A stretch of 64,000 nt of DNA from Octopus sinensis (Eukaryota). The DNA is taken from NCBI RefSeq assembly GCF_006345805.1, contig NW_021833743.1, positions 1 to 64,000 on the forward strand, in the 5' to 3' direction. Below, piece by piece: positions 11,668 to 23,758 of the stretch. The notes below the pieces were generated by a model. It had not been told where the DNA came from. It saw only the letters and a list, made by a program, of their open reading frames with translations, and searched no databases. The translations under genes were made by a program, and so were the position numbers. Within the stretch, counting starts at the first letter, position 1. Each line of letters starts with the position of its first letter.

Positions 11668-12006
11668 CAAACAAGATGAGGACAAATATCTGTCGAAAGT
11701 AAATAATGTAATTATTATTATTATATTATTATTATTATTATTATTATCATTATTACTATTATCATTATTACTATTATAATTATTATTATTCAGGTCACTG
11801 CCTGGTATCAAACGTGGAATCTTGGGGTTAGTAGTGCATGCTCTTAACCACTATGCCATATGCCCATGGTTCAAAATTTCCCCAAGACACCCAATGAAGG
11901 CTAGAGGGTATATCAGCCGAAGCGTGTTAATAAACAAGATGAGGACAAATATCTGTCAAATGTTAATAATGTACATAATTCCTCATCTCTTAAATAGGGA
12001 ACTGCA
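11668..12006. mobile_element. Family G locus: partial unit, inverted tRNA-like head, and a unit with a degenerate HHR
   Basis: AACAAACAAGATGAGGACAAATATCTGTC occurs twice. tRNA-like segment on the minus strand at 11791-11865 (A box TGGCATAGTGG, B box GTTTGATACC). Mutated HHR at 11886-11928 (CCAATGA...GAAGC). Confidence 0.7.
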
Positions 12007-12234
12007 TACTCATCATGTTCTCTCTTTTTGAGGGCCATGATTTATAGCTGGATGTCCTTCTTAATACCAACCTTTTTATTCATCTCTCACCATACACAGG
12101 AACACAGTGAACCTATTTTAAAACCAGGATACACACAGAATGCATGTGTATGTGTGTGTGTGTGTGTATAATTTCAGTTTGTAACTGCTGATTTACATTC
12201 ATATACACCAAGTCACACACACACACACTAACTA

Positions 12235-12568
12235 ATTAATTAACTGGTACTTCTTTGGTCATGACGACGAGGGTTCCATTTGATCTGATCGATGAAGCAA
12301 CCTGCTCATGGAATAAACATGCAAGTGGCTGAGTACTCCACAGACTTGTGTACTCTAAATGTAGTTCTGAGGGAGATCCTGCCTGACACAGAATGTGACA
12401 AGGCTGGCCCTTTTGAAATACAGACAATGCTCATTTTTGCCAACTAAGTGGACTGGAACAATGTGAAATGAAGGGTCTTGCTCAAGGACACACTGCGCTA
12501 CCAGGAATTGAACTCAGAACCTTATGATTGAGAGCCGATTACTCTAACCACTAAGCCATGTGCCTTCA
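12235..12568 (-). mobile_element. SINE with family D head and family E-like tail
   Basis: Reverse complement GAAGGCACATGGCTTAGTGGTTAGAG...GAGTTCAATTCC...CCTTGAGCAAGAC; the tail resembles 60990-61148. Confidence 0.65.
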
Positions 12569-13785
12569 AACATACATATGCACACACACACACACACACA
12601 CGTATACACATTTTCATAGGCAGCCATTGATGATCAGCGATGACTGACCATAGGAAATGCCATGCATTATAGTATTAAGTAGTATTAGTAAGTGAAATGA
12701 CCCCTTTGACCGAGATCTGTCCCTTTGCTGCTGTGGTCCAGCTGCGAGTCTCACTGTCTGATTTCATTGTCATCTTACACATATACACTAACATATACAC
12801 ACAAGCTTACATATGTACAGACAAACACACACACACACAGTCTCTTGTTGTAAGTTGTAATGTAACATCAATAGAAGAGATCAGTTACTGTGATGATGGT
12901 GATGGTAGTGATGATGATGGAGGTGGTGATAGTGATGGTGGTGGTGGTGATGATGACAGGAGTGATGATGACAGGAGTGATGATGATGATGATGGCAGTG
13001 GTGTTGGTGATGGGGACGAGTGCAGTGGTTATTGTTGAGGGAGTTCTTGGTATGTGGTTATGTGAGGGAGAAGGAGCAAAACGGGAGTGGTTTTGAGGGC
13101 AACGTGGGCCAAGTAGTGGCAATGATGGTAGCTTGGTAAAGTGTGTACGCATGTGTGTGTGTGTGTGTGTGAAGTAAGGATGAGGTAGGAGGTGGAAGTA
13201 GAGTGAGAGAGGGAGGGTGATGTGTGTCGTTTATTGATTTTACTGTCTGTTATGGTATCTGAGAACACATCTATACACACATACACACACATACACACAC
13301 ATGCAGCGCTTGAACAGTAAAGAAGAGAGAGACAACAGAAGCTGCAACAGAAACATTAGTGGCAATAACAACAACAACAACAAGGACCCTACCTCCAGCC
13401 CACCCCTTCTGCTGACAACAACAACAACTGTGGAAGTTGCAATGATTAATAGCAAAAATACTATTAAAAAAAAACAAGTTGCAACAAAAAAATATAAACA
13501 TATACACACAATACTCCATATATAAACATACACGCACATACACACGTTTGTGTGTATGTGTATATTTGTAAATGGAGGACTGTGTGTATATATAGTCATA
13601 TATAAATACACACATGCACGTTTGTGTATGTATATATGTCTATATACAAGTGTGTGTGTGTGTGTGTGTGTGTAAATACAAACATACACAGACATATACT
13701 TGTATACATACCTACATATATAGACACATATACACACAAAGATACACATGTATATACACACTGAGAAACACTGATGTATACACAT

Positions 13786-13834
<49 letters not shown>

Positions 13835-14033
13835 CACATACTATTGACAATAATTCTGTTTTAAGTTTCTATTTCCAAACCAGTTGTTATGATGTTAACT
13901 ATGTATGTCAAATATTTTTGCTGGTTTGAAATATTTGAAGTAAACAACTGGTAGTTTGGTGTATGCTTATCATGGATGGTGGTTCTGTTGAGCCACAAAA
14001 GGAGACACTGTTGAAACGAATAGAACCACTGCT

Positions 14034-14250
14034 GAGCCAAGGAGACATTCCCTTTTTTTTTTAGTCAAGGATGCGTTCCTTTTTTAAGCCAATGGGACAT
14101 TCCCTTTTTTTTTTGAGCCAAAGAGACATATCCTTTTTTTGAGCCAAGGGGACATTTCCTTTTTTTGAGTCAAGGAGACATCCTTCTTTTGAGCCAAAGA
14201 GACATATCCTTTTTTTGAGCCAAGGAGACATTTCCTTTTCTGAGCCAAGG
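14034..14250. repeat. ~26-bp minisatellite, GAGCCAAGGAGACATTCC(T)n, about 8-9 units
   Basis: Direct inspection; the poly-T run length varies between units. Confidence 0.9.
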
Positions 14251-14924
14251 TGGCATTCCTATTGAGACATGGAGAGCTAATGTGGTACCAAATATTGAAC
14301 CTAGGAAGGATCCCTTATCGAGTGAGTATGTGGTGGTAATGAAGATGGTACTGATGATGGTGGTAAAGGTGCAACAAATGGAAATGAACAATTGAATAAC
14401 ACATCAACCATGGTAACGTTATTTCCTCACTGCAAGACAATGGGCCAATGGTTAATCAGAACATCCAGACCTAATTTATTAAAGGTCCCAAGGTTCAATT
14501 CCTAATGCAGCTCAGAGTGTCAACTTGAAAATACTTATTAGCTGTGAAAAAAGAAGACATAGAATAGAAATCATCCCATTTGCATCCTGCAGTTCTTGCT
14601 TTCCCATCTGCTTCATTTTTACTTTTACAAGCGTCAAATCCTGCCATTTACTCTGGCAACGTTCATGCATTCACTCATATAATTATCATCATTTAACTGT
14701 CATCTTTCCATTCTTGCACATGTCAAACACAATTTATTGAGGCAGATTTTTCGCAGCTGGATGCCTTTCCTGTTGCTAACCCTAAACTGTTTCCAAGCTT
14801 GATAATATTTCCTCCATGGAAAACTGGAAAATTCACATCTCGATATCAAGAGAAGGATATATAGAAATACACACAAATGGGTAAACACGTGTGTGTGTGT
14901 ATACACACTAAAAATTAGTAAAGA

Positions 14925-15248
14925 GCCCTCTCTGTCATGAATGGGCATGTGATTGCACCTAGAAAGTTATGCTCCACGGCACAAGTCTGGGAAATGTTGT
15001 TTATAGAAGACCAGCAGTTAGCCATGCATATCAGCCTCTACAACACCGATGTTATCCCAGGGAAAGACAAAGACTGATGCAACTTGGCTCCAGTGATGTC
15101 ACAACTTATTTCTATAGATGAGTGACCTGGAGCAAAGTGAAATAAAGTGTCTTGCTCAAGGACACAACATACCACCCGGTCAGGGAATTGAACTCACTAC
15201 ATCATGATTGTGAGCCTGATGCTCTAACCACCGAGCCATGCACCTTCA
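14925..15248 (-). mobile_element. SINE family D copy
   Basis: Reverse complement of the 23438-23758 element. Confidence 0.8.
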
Positions 15249-15577
15249 CACTCACAAGGTCAGCCCAGGGTTACTACAGAAAGCACCTGCTCTGGGTGCT
15301 GCACAGTGGGATTGAACCAGAGACGGGACGGTTGCGAAGCAAGGTTTTTAACCACGATACCTTGTTTATAGTACCTGAAAGTGCTTCATCCTTGTTTTCA
15401 CATGTCACAATTACATGTGGGCCATCATCGCTTTCACCTGTGCTTTGTCCTCCTCTTTTTACACCTGATTCCTTTGTTCAAATGTCAAAAGTTCATACAG
15501 TAGCCGCATCTTAGCATCATAGTCAATGAAGACATTGTATAATTGCCAAAAACTATATGTTAGCTAGCAGTACTTAC

Positions 15578-15679
15578 TGCACCCGACTTGTCCTGTCTTA
15601 CAAAGACAAGACAATATTATTGCTAGTAGTAGTAGTAGCAGCAGCAGGAAGATAGATATGTGCCAAAAAATTGGTGCAT
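15578..15679 (-). CDS. Candidate internal exon encoding a hydrophobic segment (TM helix or signal anchor)
   Basis: Acceptor ACATTTTTCTTTTTCTTAG|, donor GCA|GTAAGT, 102 nt, phase 1-1, no stops. Reads (D)APIFWHISIFLLLLLLLLAIILSCLCKTGQVGC. Caveat: the poly-Leu comes from a (CTG)(CTA) microsatellite. Confidence 0.35.
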
Positions 15680-15963
15680 CTAAGAAAAAGAAAAATGTTT
15701 TTTTTTTTAACAATGGTGTCAGGGGAGAAAAAATCAGATAATCAAGGACAGAACTATTCAAATATTTTTCTTCATTAGTAAATGTATTGTCTACATTTCT
15801 GTCTTATTTCTCTCATAACACTCGCATTTTATATTTATACATATTTACACATACACACACACACGTTTGTCTATTTATACATATGCAACAGACAACACAA
15901 AGATCTATGGACACAGAAATATATAAACAAATGTGTATAAACATTAGCTGTATGTGTGTATGA

Positions 15964-16026
<63 letters not shown>

Positions 16027-16106
16027 ATAATTTGTGACAGACAGCCAAATGTTTCACTTCTATCAGTATTGAAAATGCTTTAAAAAGTCATAGTTCAAAT
16101 CTAAGA

Positions 16107-16149
<43 letters not shown>

Positions 16150-16150
16150 T

Positions 16151-16249
<99 letters not shown>

Positions 16250-16359
16250 CACACACGTGTTCATACAATAAGTCTTTTATATAGCAAGTATGTATACAGC
16301 ACATGCACATATATAATCACTCCCAATATTTTTGTGGACAGAAAGAAATGCAAAAACAG

Positions 16360-16396
<37 letters not shown>

Positions 16397-16430
16397 TACT
16401 TAGTTGTGCCATTTATTTACTAATTTGTAT

Positions 16431-16511
<81 letters not shown>

Positions 16512-16544
16512 TGTATGTGTGTGTATGTATATAGATCGCCAGCC

Positions 16545-16718
16545 TCCTCTGGCCCCTTTGCCGGTGGCATGTAAAAAGCATCCACTACACTCACGGGGTC
16601 GTTGATGTTAGGAAGGGCATCCAGCTGTAGAAACCCTGCCAGATCAGACTGGAGCCTGGTTGAACCATCCAACCCATGCTAACATGGAAAATGGACGTTA
16701 AATGATGATGATGATGAT
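16545..16718 (+). mobile_element. SINE-like family C copy
   Basis: GCCGGTGGCATGTAAAAAGCA...TTAGGAAGGGCATCCAGCTGTAGAAAC...GGACGTTAAATGATGATG. Confidence 0.85.
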
Positions 16719-17179
16719 ATATGTATATATATATACACACACACATATATATATATACATATATATATGTATACGTGTATATTTTTTTCTCCACACAAAC
16801 ATACATGAACTATTAGAACGGTATGTCATCTTCATCATTGTATGATACTCAGCTCTTTTATAAGTTTGTATTTTCAGGTGCACTAAAGGACTCAATTCCA
16901 AAGGCAGAGTCAAACTAATATTTATAATCAATACTCAAAAACAGTGAATATCACTAAAACTTCAAAGTAAACAATGACCACATAAGAGTGCATCCTTTTG
17001 ATGCAAGTTTGTTGAAGTGCCACCCTAATGTATAAAACTGCAAATATTATGTTACTTTTCTCAAGGAACTTTTGAGTGCATGGATGTTAAAACAGAGGTA
17101 CTGAAACAATTGTAAAGGGTCATTAAAGATGTGCTAAGCTCTTCCTTTGTCTCCTTATTTGGAATATATATATATATTA

Positions 17180-17224
<45 letters not shown>

Positions 17225-17268
17225 GGTGAATGAATTATCCTATGTTTATCGCCAGCATGGAAAATTCG

Positions 17269-17300
<32 letters not shown>

Positions 17301-17809
17301 ACACACACACACACCAATACACAAACACCTATATATATATGTGTGCATGTATATATATATATATATCTTACACATCTATACACAATATTTATGTGTGTAT
17401 GCACATACACTTATAGGTCTCTCTTTCATATATCTATGTACATGTATATGTGTGTTCATATCTACGTGCATATGTGTGTGTGTGTGTGTTATAGCACGAG
17501 AGACAAATCAATAGCGACTACTCTTAAGAGCTTCCGTTTGTATAAAGCCATCAGCATGTGTTGACACACTGACATCAATCATTCTCCTCCAACATCACCA
17601 GACCAAACACACACACACACACACACGTACACACGAGTAGCCATTAGCGTATTGTGTGTTGTTTGAAACATCAATGGGACATAGCTGGTTATGTATCTCC
17701 GACTTTGGGTACATATTGAACTTGTGTTCCCGTACATGTCGCTCACAAGTAACAAACATGTTTATCAGAACCATATTATGCCTGCAAACATATATATGTA
17801 TATGTATGT

Positions 17810-18200
17810 ATGCTTTTACTTGTTCCAATCATTTTACTGCGGCCATGCTGGATCACCGCCTTCAGTCGAGAAAATCAACCCCAGGACTTATTCTTTGTAA
17901 GCCTAGTACTTATTCTATCGGTCTCTTTTGCCGAACCGCTAGATTACAGGGTCGTAAACACACCAGCATTGGTTGTCAAGCGATGTTGTGGGGAGGGGGG
18001 TGGGACAAATACAGACACACAAACACACACACATATTTATATACATATACATGTATACGACGGGCTTCTTTTCAGTTTCCGTCTACCAAATTTACTCACA
18101 AGACTTTGGTCGGCCCGAGGCTATAGTAGAAGATATTTGCCCAAAGTGCAACCATGTGGTTGGTAAGCAAGCTACTTATCACACAGCCACTCCTGCGCCT
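17810..18200 (-). mobile_element. SINE family B copy
   Basis: Full-length similarity to 42170-42560 in reverse orientation. Confidence 0.85.
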
Positions 18201-18348
18201 ATATATATATATATATATACACCACACATATAAACACACACACACACATATACACAAACATACATACATACACACACACGTATATATATATATACACACA
18301 CTATACACACACACACATATATATATACACACACATATATTCACACAA

Positions 18349-18381
<33 letters not shown>

Positions 18382-18744
18382 GAGTCATGTTATTGATATT
18401 GTTGCTGGTGTTCTTGTGGTTTAGCCCCAAGTGTTAATCCTTGCTCCAACAGAACTATGATGAAAAGGGATTCTAATCATGTCCACACTGGTTTTTTCTT
18501 CCTTCTTAGGAATAATGTGCCTAGGGCTATATCAAAAGCAAGCATGTGCATGCCCCTGTGGTCTCTATCAATTTATGACAAGTGGCCAATTAAGCAAAAA
18601 TTAATACAAAGTATATATTTTTCCTTTAAATACAAATAGATTCCTCATAATAAGGTAAAATAAATGCTTCGTGCTGTACTGGGACTCTGAAGTTTGACTT
18701 TGGAGTCCCATTACAGTGTGAGGCGTTTACTTGTAGTAATAGCC

Positions 18745-18925
18745 CTTAATACAGCTTGGCACCAGAGACGTCACAACTCAGTTCTACAGCTGAGTGAACT
18801 GAAGCAACGTGAAATCAAGTGTCTTGCTCAAGAACACAACACCCAGCCCGGTCCGGTCCGGGAATCGAACTCACAACCTCACGATTGTAAGCTCTATGCT
18901 CTAACCATTGAGCCATGCGCCTTCA
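18745..18925 (-). mobile_element. SINE family D copy (5' part, CpG-rich)
   Basis: Reverse complement GAAGGCGCATGGCTCAATGGTTAGAGC...GAGTTCGATTCCCGGACCGG...TTCTTGAGCAAGACAC. Confidence 0.85.
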
Positions 18926-19061
18926 CATATACATATATATATATATATATTATATATAATATATATATATACTCACTCTTGTGTGTATGTATGTATATGT
19001 GTATATATATATATATTTTTATATATACACACTTTTCTGTGTGTGTGTATGTATGTATGTA

Positions 19062-19093
<32 letters not shown>

Positions 19094-19124
19094 ATATATA
19101 TATTATATATATATATATATATAT

Positions 19125-19932
19125 ATGTCTGTATTTAATTTTACTGTTTACCTATATAATCGGCGGCTACGTATCCACAATTGTCCTTATACGATAAGTA
19201 TATTTTTTTCTCAAGCTTTGATACGACTCTTAATCTGTCTTTTCTCTCTCTCTCCCTCCTCCCTTATTCCACTTCCGTTCTTTCCCTCTCCATCCGTCCC
19301 CCCCCCCTTTCTACGTTTCTCTATCTCTCTCACCTCCAGCCCCCTCGATCTGTCTCTTTTTCTCTCCTCCCTCGTCCACCTTCTCTCCCTTTTCATCTGT
19401 CCCTTTCTCCTGTCTTTTGTTCTCACGTGACAGCTAGCCGCTGTTGAGCGCTCTTTTCGTTTTCAGCAGCCTCAGAAGCAACACGGATTTGTTCGTCTCC
19501 CCGTGGCCTTTAGGCACAACTTCACAAGCCAGCCCCTACTCAAATCGTCCTGTCGAAAGACCCTTGTCCTACGTCCTGGTTTTGTTTTGTTGTTTATTTA
19601 TTATTTTTTATTTTACCGTTATTGTTTTTACGTTTTTGTATTCTTATTGGTGTCACGTATTCTGTATTTTTGTTTGTGTACTTCGATCGTTTTCCGTCCT
19701 TTCGTTGTATACATTCGAAGCTTTCTTCCAGGGGATCTAATGCGCTTGGCTTAGATTTCCCTTGCTGGCTGGCCATATCGGAGCAATCTCAAGATTAATC
19801 AGCCGAAATTGCTAAGATGATCTGGTTCTTGACTGATGACTGAGGGCTTCGAATGTCCCGTCCTGTGGTTCTTGTGTCGTCTCTGTGGTGTTTCATGTTC
19901 TTGTCCATGTCTGTATTTAATTTTACTGTTTA

Positions 19933-19940
<8 letters not shown>
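19125..19940. mobile_element. ~816-bp CpG-rich element bounded by a perfect 34-bp direct repeat (pseudo-LTR-like)
   Basis: ATGTCTGTATTTAATTTTACTGTTTACCTATATA at 19125-19158 and 19907-19940, inserted in (TA)n, with no TG...CA ends and no coding ORF. Confidence 0.7.
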
Positions 19941-19965
<25 letters not shown>

Positions 19966-20866
19966 TCTTCTGTGTGTATATGTATGTATGTATGTATTAG
20001 ACTAAAATACTAATTAGAGCTCACGGTTCTACTGAAATGGTGAATCCTATTTTTAAAGTAGTGTGTTATCAGCTGTTTTTAATTTGTTTTAAAAACATCA
20101 ACTTCAAGCACGTGTGTATGAGTGTGTGTATGAGTGTGTGTGTGCACACACATACACAAAGATGAGCAGAGAGAGGGGCCAAAAAAAAACAAAACAAAGG
20201 AAACAGAAAGATAGAGAGAAAAGTAGAAGCATAGTGGAGGGGAGATACGGACTAAAAGACATGTATATGAATCTGTATACACGCACACACGCGCACATCC
20301 ACACAGGATGTGTGTATATAAGCTGACAAGACGACCGTGATGAATATTTGAAATGATTTTTCTTTGTTTCTCATAGATTTCAATTTAGTTCGCACCATGT
20401 TTTGGCACAAGTCGAAGCTGCCAGCATTGCTCAGCAATTCCATCTGTTAATATAGAATTGGAAACAAGAGACATATTGACCTGGTTCTTGGTACACTTCC
20501 AACCAAAAGAAGTTTTTACAGTTCATCAGCTGACCTGCTAAATGTCAAATCACAAGGAATATTTATGTCAGGAATTCGAATATGTTTCGCTATCTGCTAA
20601 CGAGTTCAACAGCTTTGAGTCATTGAGATAATTCTGGAGGAGGAAGGAGCGGAAAAAGAGACAAAGGGGGAAAAATAAGAAGAGCAAATAGGAATGGATT
20701 ATTGTAGATTTTCAAGGAATTGCTAAGTCCTCTAATCTCACATATGAGGATTGGTAGTGCTTGTATTCTTTCTTGTAGATAATTAAGATTCTTTATGTTT
20801 GTTTCACACAAAGAAAACTCAATTGAAGGATTATTACATTTCCTCTCTTTGGTTATCTTATAGACT

Positions 20867-21036
20867 GCCGTTACGTTGTGATTTCGAATACCGCTGAGGT
20901 CAACTTTGCCTTTCATCCTTTCGGGGTCGATAAATTAAGTACCAGTTACGCACTGGGGTCGATATAATCGACTTAATACCTATGTCTGTCCATGTTTGTC
21001 CCCTCTATGTTTAGCCCCTTGTGGGTAATAAAGAAA
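20867..21036 (+). mobile_element. Young 5'-truncated SINE family A copy with an 18-bp target-site duplication
   Basis: TTGGTTATCTTATAGACT at 20849-20866 and 21037-21054; tail nearly identical to the 60366 copy. Confidence 0.9.
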
Positions 21037-21074
21037 TTGGTTATCTTATAGACTTACAGTGGCTTATAGTCATA

Positions 21075-21500
21075 TAGTAGTGTGGTAAGAAGCCATGTGG
21101 TTGTGAACAACCACATGGTTCTGGGTTCAGTTCCACTGCATAGCACCTTGGGCAAGTGTCTTCTACTATAGCTTCGGGCTGACCAAAGTCTTGTAAGGAG
21201 ATTTGGTAGATGGAAACTGAAAGAAGCCCATCATATGTATGTGTGTGTGTGTGTGTGTGTGTATTTATTTGTGTGTGTGCCTTTGCATCTGTGTTTGTCC
21301 TCCCATCACCACTTGATGACTGGTGTTGGTGTGTTTACGTCCTTTTAACTTAGTGATTCAGCAAACTTGACTGATAGAATATGTACTAGGCTTTACAAAA
21401 ATAAGTCCTGGGGTTCATTTGTTTGACTAAAACCCTTTGAGGCAGGGCTCCAACATGGCCACAGTCAAATGAGTGAAACAAGTAAAAGAATAAAAGAAAT
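21075..21500 (+). mobile_element. SINE family B copy
   Basis: GTGTGGTAAG...GGGTTCAGTTCCACTG...GAAACTGAAAGAAGCCC...CAACATGGCCACAGTCAAATGA. Confidence 0.85.
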
Positions 21501-21584
21501 GATTCCTTGACCCTTTCAATAGCAACCCACCTGGGACCACCCTTGATCCTATGATACAAGCTAAAAACACCAGTCTAATAACTC

Positions 21585-21790
21585 TTTCTGTTGTAGGCAC
21601 AGAAATTTTGGGGGTGGGGACCAGCCGATTATATTGATCCCAGTGTGTAACTGGTCCTTATTTCATTAACCCCAAAAAGATGAAAAGCAAAGTTGACCGT
21701 GGCAGAATTCAAACTTACAATGTGAGACTGGACAAACTGCTGCCAGGCATTTTGCCTGGCATGCCAATGATTCTACCTGCTCACCACCCT
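21585..21790 (-). mobile_element. SINE family A copy
   Basis: Reverse complement of the family A core and head. Confidence 0.75.
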
Positions 21791-22134
21791 AAGCACCAGC
21801 TTAATAATGACAAAATTATTTAATTAAATTCTTCGTTAATTTCAAAATTAATTGAAACAAAAGGCAGAATATTTCAACAGAAATATGGTAAAAAAAAGGT
21901 CATGGCAGAACCAGAATGTCTGTTTTTAAAATAGGGGTAGAGAGCACATCCAAGACTACATCACTCCCTAACGATTGTCAGTACAAAATTTACAAGAAAG
22001 GAATTAGTTGGTTTGAGGCTGTAGTAGAAGAGAATTGCCCAAGGTGCTGTGCCATGGGACTGAACCTGAAGCAATGTGGTTGTTGAGTGAACTTTTTAAC
22101 CACACATCTATGTCTGCACACTCATACACACCTT

Positions 22135-22580
22135 TTACTTGTTTCAGTTGTTGGACTGTGGCCATTCTGGAGCAATACTTTGAAGGGATTTATTGAAAAA
22201 ATTGACCCCAGTACATATTTTTTTTATTTTTAAGTCTTGTGCTTATTCTATTGGCCCCTTTTTTCCCCAAACTGCTTAGTTACAGGGGATGTAAACAAAC
22301 CAATACTGGTTGTCAAGCAATGGTCAAATAGACAAACACATGCACACATTGATAAACACGTATACATACATATACATGTATGTATATCTCTATGTATACG
22401 TACATATACAAACATGCACATGTACACAAAGAGCTTCTTTCAGTTTCCTTCTACTAGATCCACTCACAAGGTTTTGATCAGCCTGGGGCTATAGTAGCTG
22501 TAGTACAAAACACTTGCCCAGGCTGCCATGCAATGGGATTGAACACAGAATCATGTGGTTGTAAAGGAACTTCTTACCAC
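22135..22580 (-). mobile_element. SINE family B copy (diverged)
   Basis: CTTGTTTCAGT...GTGGCCATTCTGGAGCA...TTTCAGTTTCC...CACTTGCCCAGG. Confidence 0.75.
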
Positions 22581-22946
22581 TCAACCAGGCCACACACGGA
22601 AAGACAAAATGAGATGTCATATGATTTATGAGACATAACAAGAATTATGATTTACAATACAAGTAAGAGGCAACAATAGAGAAGCATTCTGTACTTACTA
22701 ACATGAAAAAATTAATAAAAAGAAAATACTATCCAAAGGAGAAAAAAAAAACAGATAATGTTGCTGCAATGATGGTGAATTATTCTTCATTGAAATTCAA
22801 TGAAAACACCAAATAATAATAATTTCTTGAATTTTTATTTTAGTTTATTAATAAAACAGCATGGGGCACGAGATTTTGGTAAACATTTATTGTATTATTG
22901 GTTTGTTTTGACTAGGTATATAAAAGTGTGTAGTAGGGGAGAGAGA

Positions 22947-22997
<51 letters not shown>

Positions 22998-23159
22998 TAT
23001 GTGAGTTTGGAATGATATATTATCCTGGCAGATACCGTATTAGCTCTCATTTAAGTTCCACTTAACGGCTAACCACAACGACCAGTATCTAATGTCTGTG
23101 AATACAATTAGTTGTTAGTCACTCCGTGAATTCTTCCAATGGGTAATTCTATGTGTATG

Positions 23160-23193
<34 letters not shown>

Positions 23194-23437
23194 ATATATT
23201 ACATGGCTCATACAATCCTCCTAATACAGGAGAGCTGATAAAGGAACTTTATAGATCTAAGATTGCCCTAGCTATCAAGAGAACAAACCCTCACCTAACT
23301 GCTGTCTGCAGTTTGTAAAAGCAATATAGCCAACTGTAATTTGTGAGATGTGTCATTTGTTTGTATAAAACAATTAAATTGAATTGATTTTATAATTGTT
23401 CGTCCAAATTTCTGGTGGTTGTACCTGCTTATGTTGT

Positions 23438-23758
23438 GAAGGTGCATGGTTCAGTGGTTAGAGCATTGCACTCATAATCATGAGGAAGTGAGTTTGATTC
23501 CCGGACTGGGTTGTGTGTTGTACTCTTGAGCAAGACACTTTATTTCACATTGTTCCAATTCACTCAGCTGCAGAAATAAGTTGTGACATCACTGGTGCCA
23601 AACTGTATTGACCCCTTTGCCTTTCCCTTGGACAACATCAGTGGTGTGAAGGGGAGAGGCTGGTATGCATGGGCCACTGCTGGTCTTGCCTGGACATCTG
23701 TCTCAGAGGGGTACTTTTTAGGTGCAATCACGTGGTCATTCATGACCAAAGGGAATCT
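23438..23758 (+). mobile_element. SINE family D, full length (tRNA-derived head)
   Basis: GAAGGTGCATGGTTCAGTGGTTAGAGC (A box), GAGTTTGATTCCC (B box), CTTGAGCAAGACACTTTATTTCAC body. Confidence 0.85.

Noticed and set aside
14250-14321. Plus-strand 72-nt phase 1-1 segment ending in GTGAGT (GIPIETWRANVVPNIEPRKDPLS)
   Set aside because: The acceptor derives from the adjacent minisatellite, there is no recognisable homology, and consensus donors occur by chance at this density. Not excluded, only unsupported.
14490-14665. Two overlapping ~50-codon minus-strand open frames
   Set aside because: Purine-rich strand bias explains the low stop density; no motif or convincing splice sites.
16878-16918. 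Strong plus-strand acceptor followed by a short frame to a stop (ALKDSIPKAESN*)
   Set aside because: Too short to evaluate and has no upstream exon support.
23438-23515. tRNA-like sequences with A and B boxes (also at 11791, 18850, 38880, 60366, 60786)
   Set aside because: They run into SINE bodies or (AAT)n tails and lack a convincing cloverleaf, so they are treated as SINE heads rather than tRNA genes.
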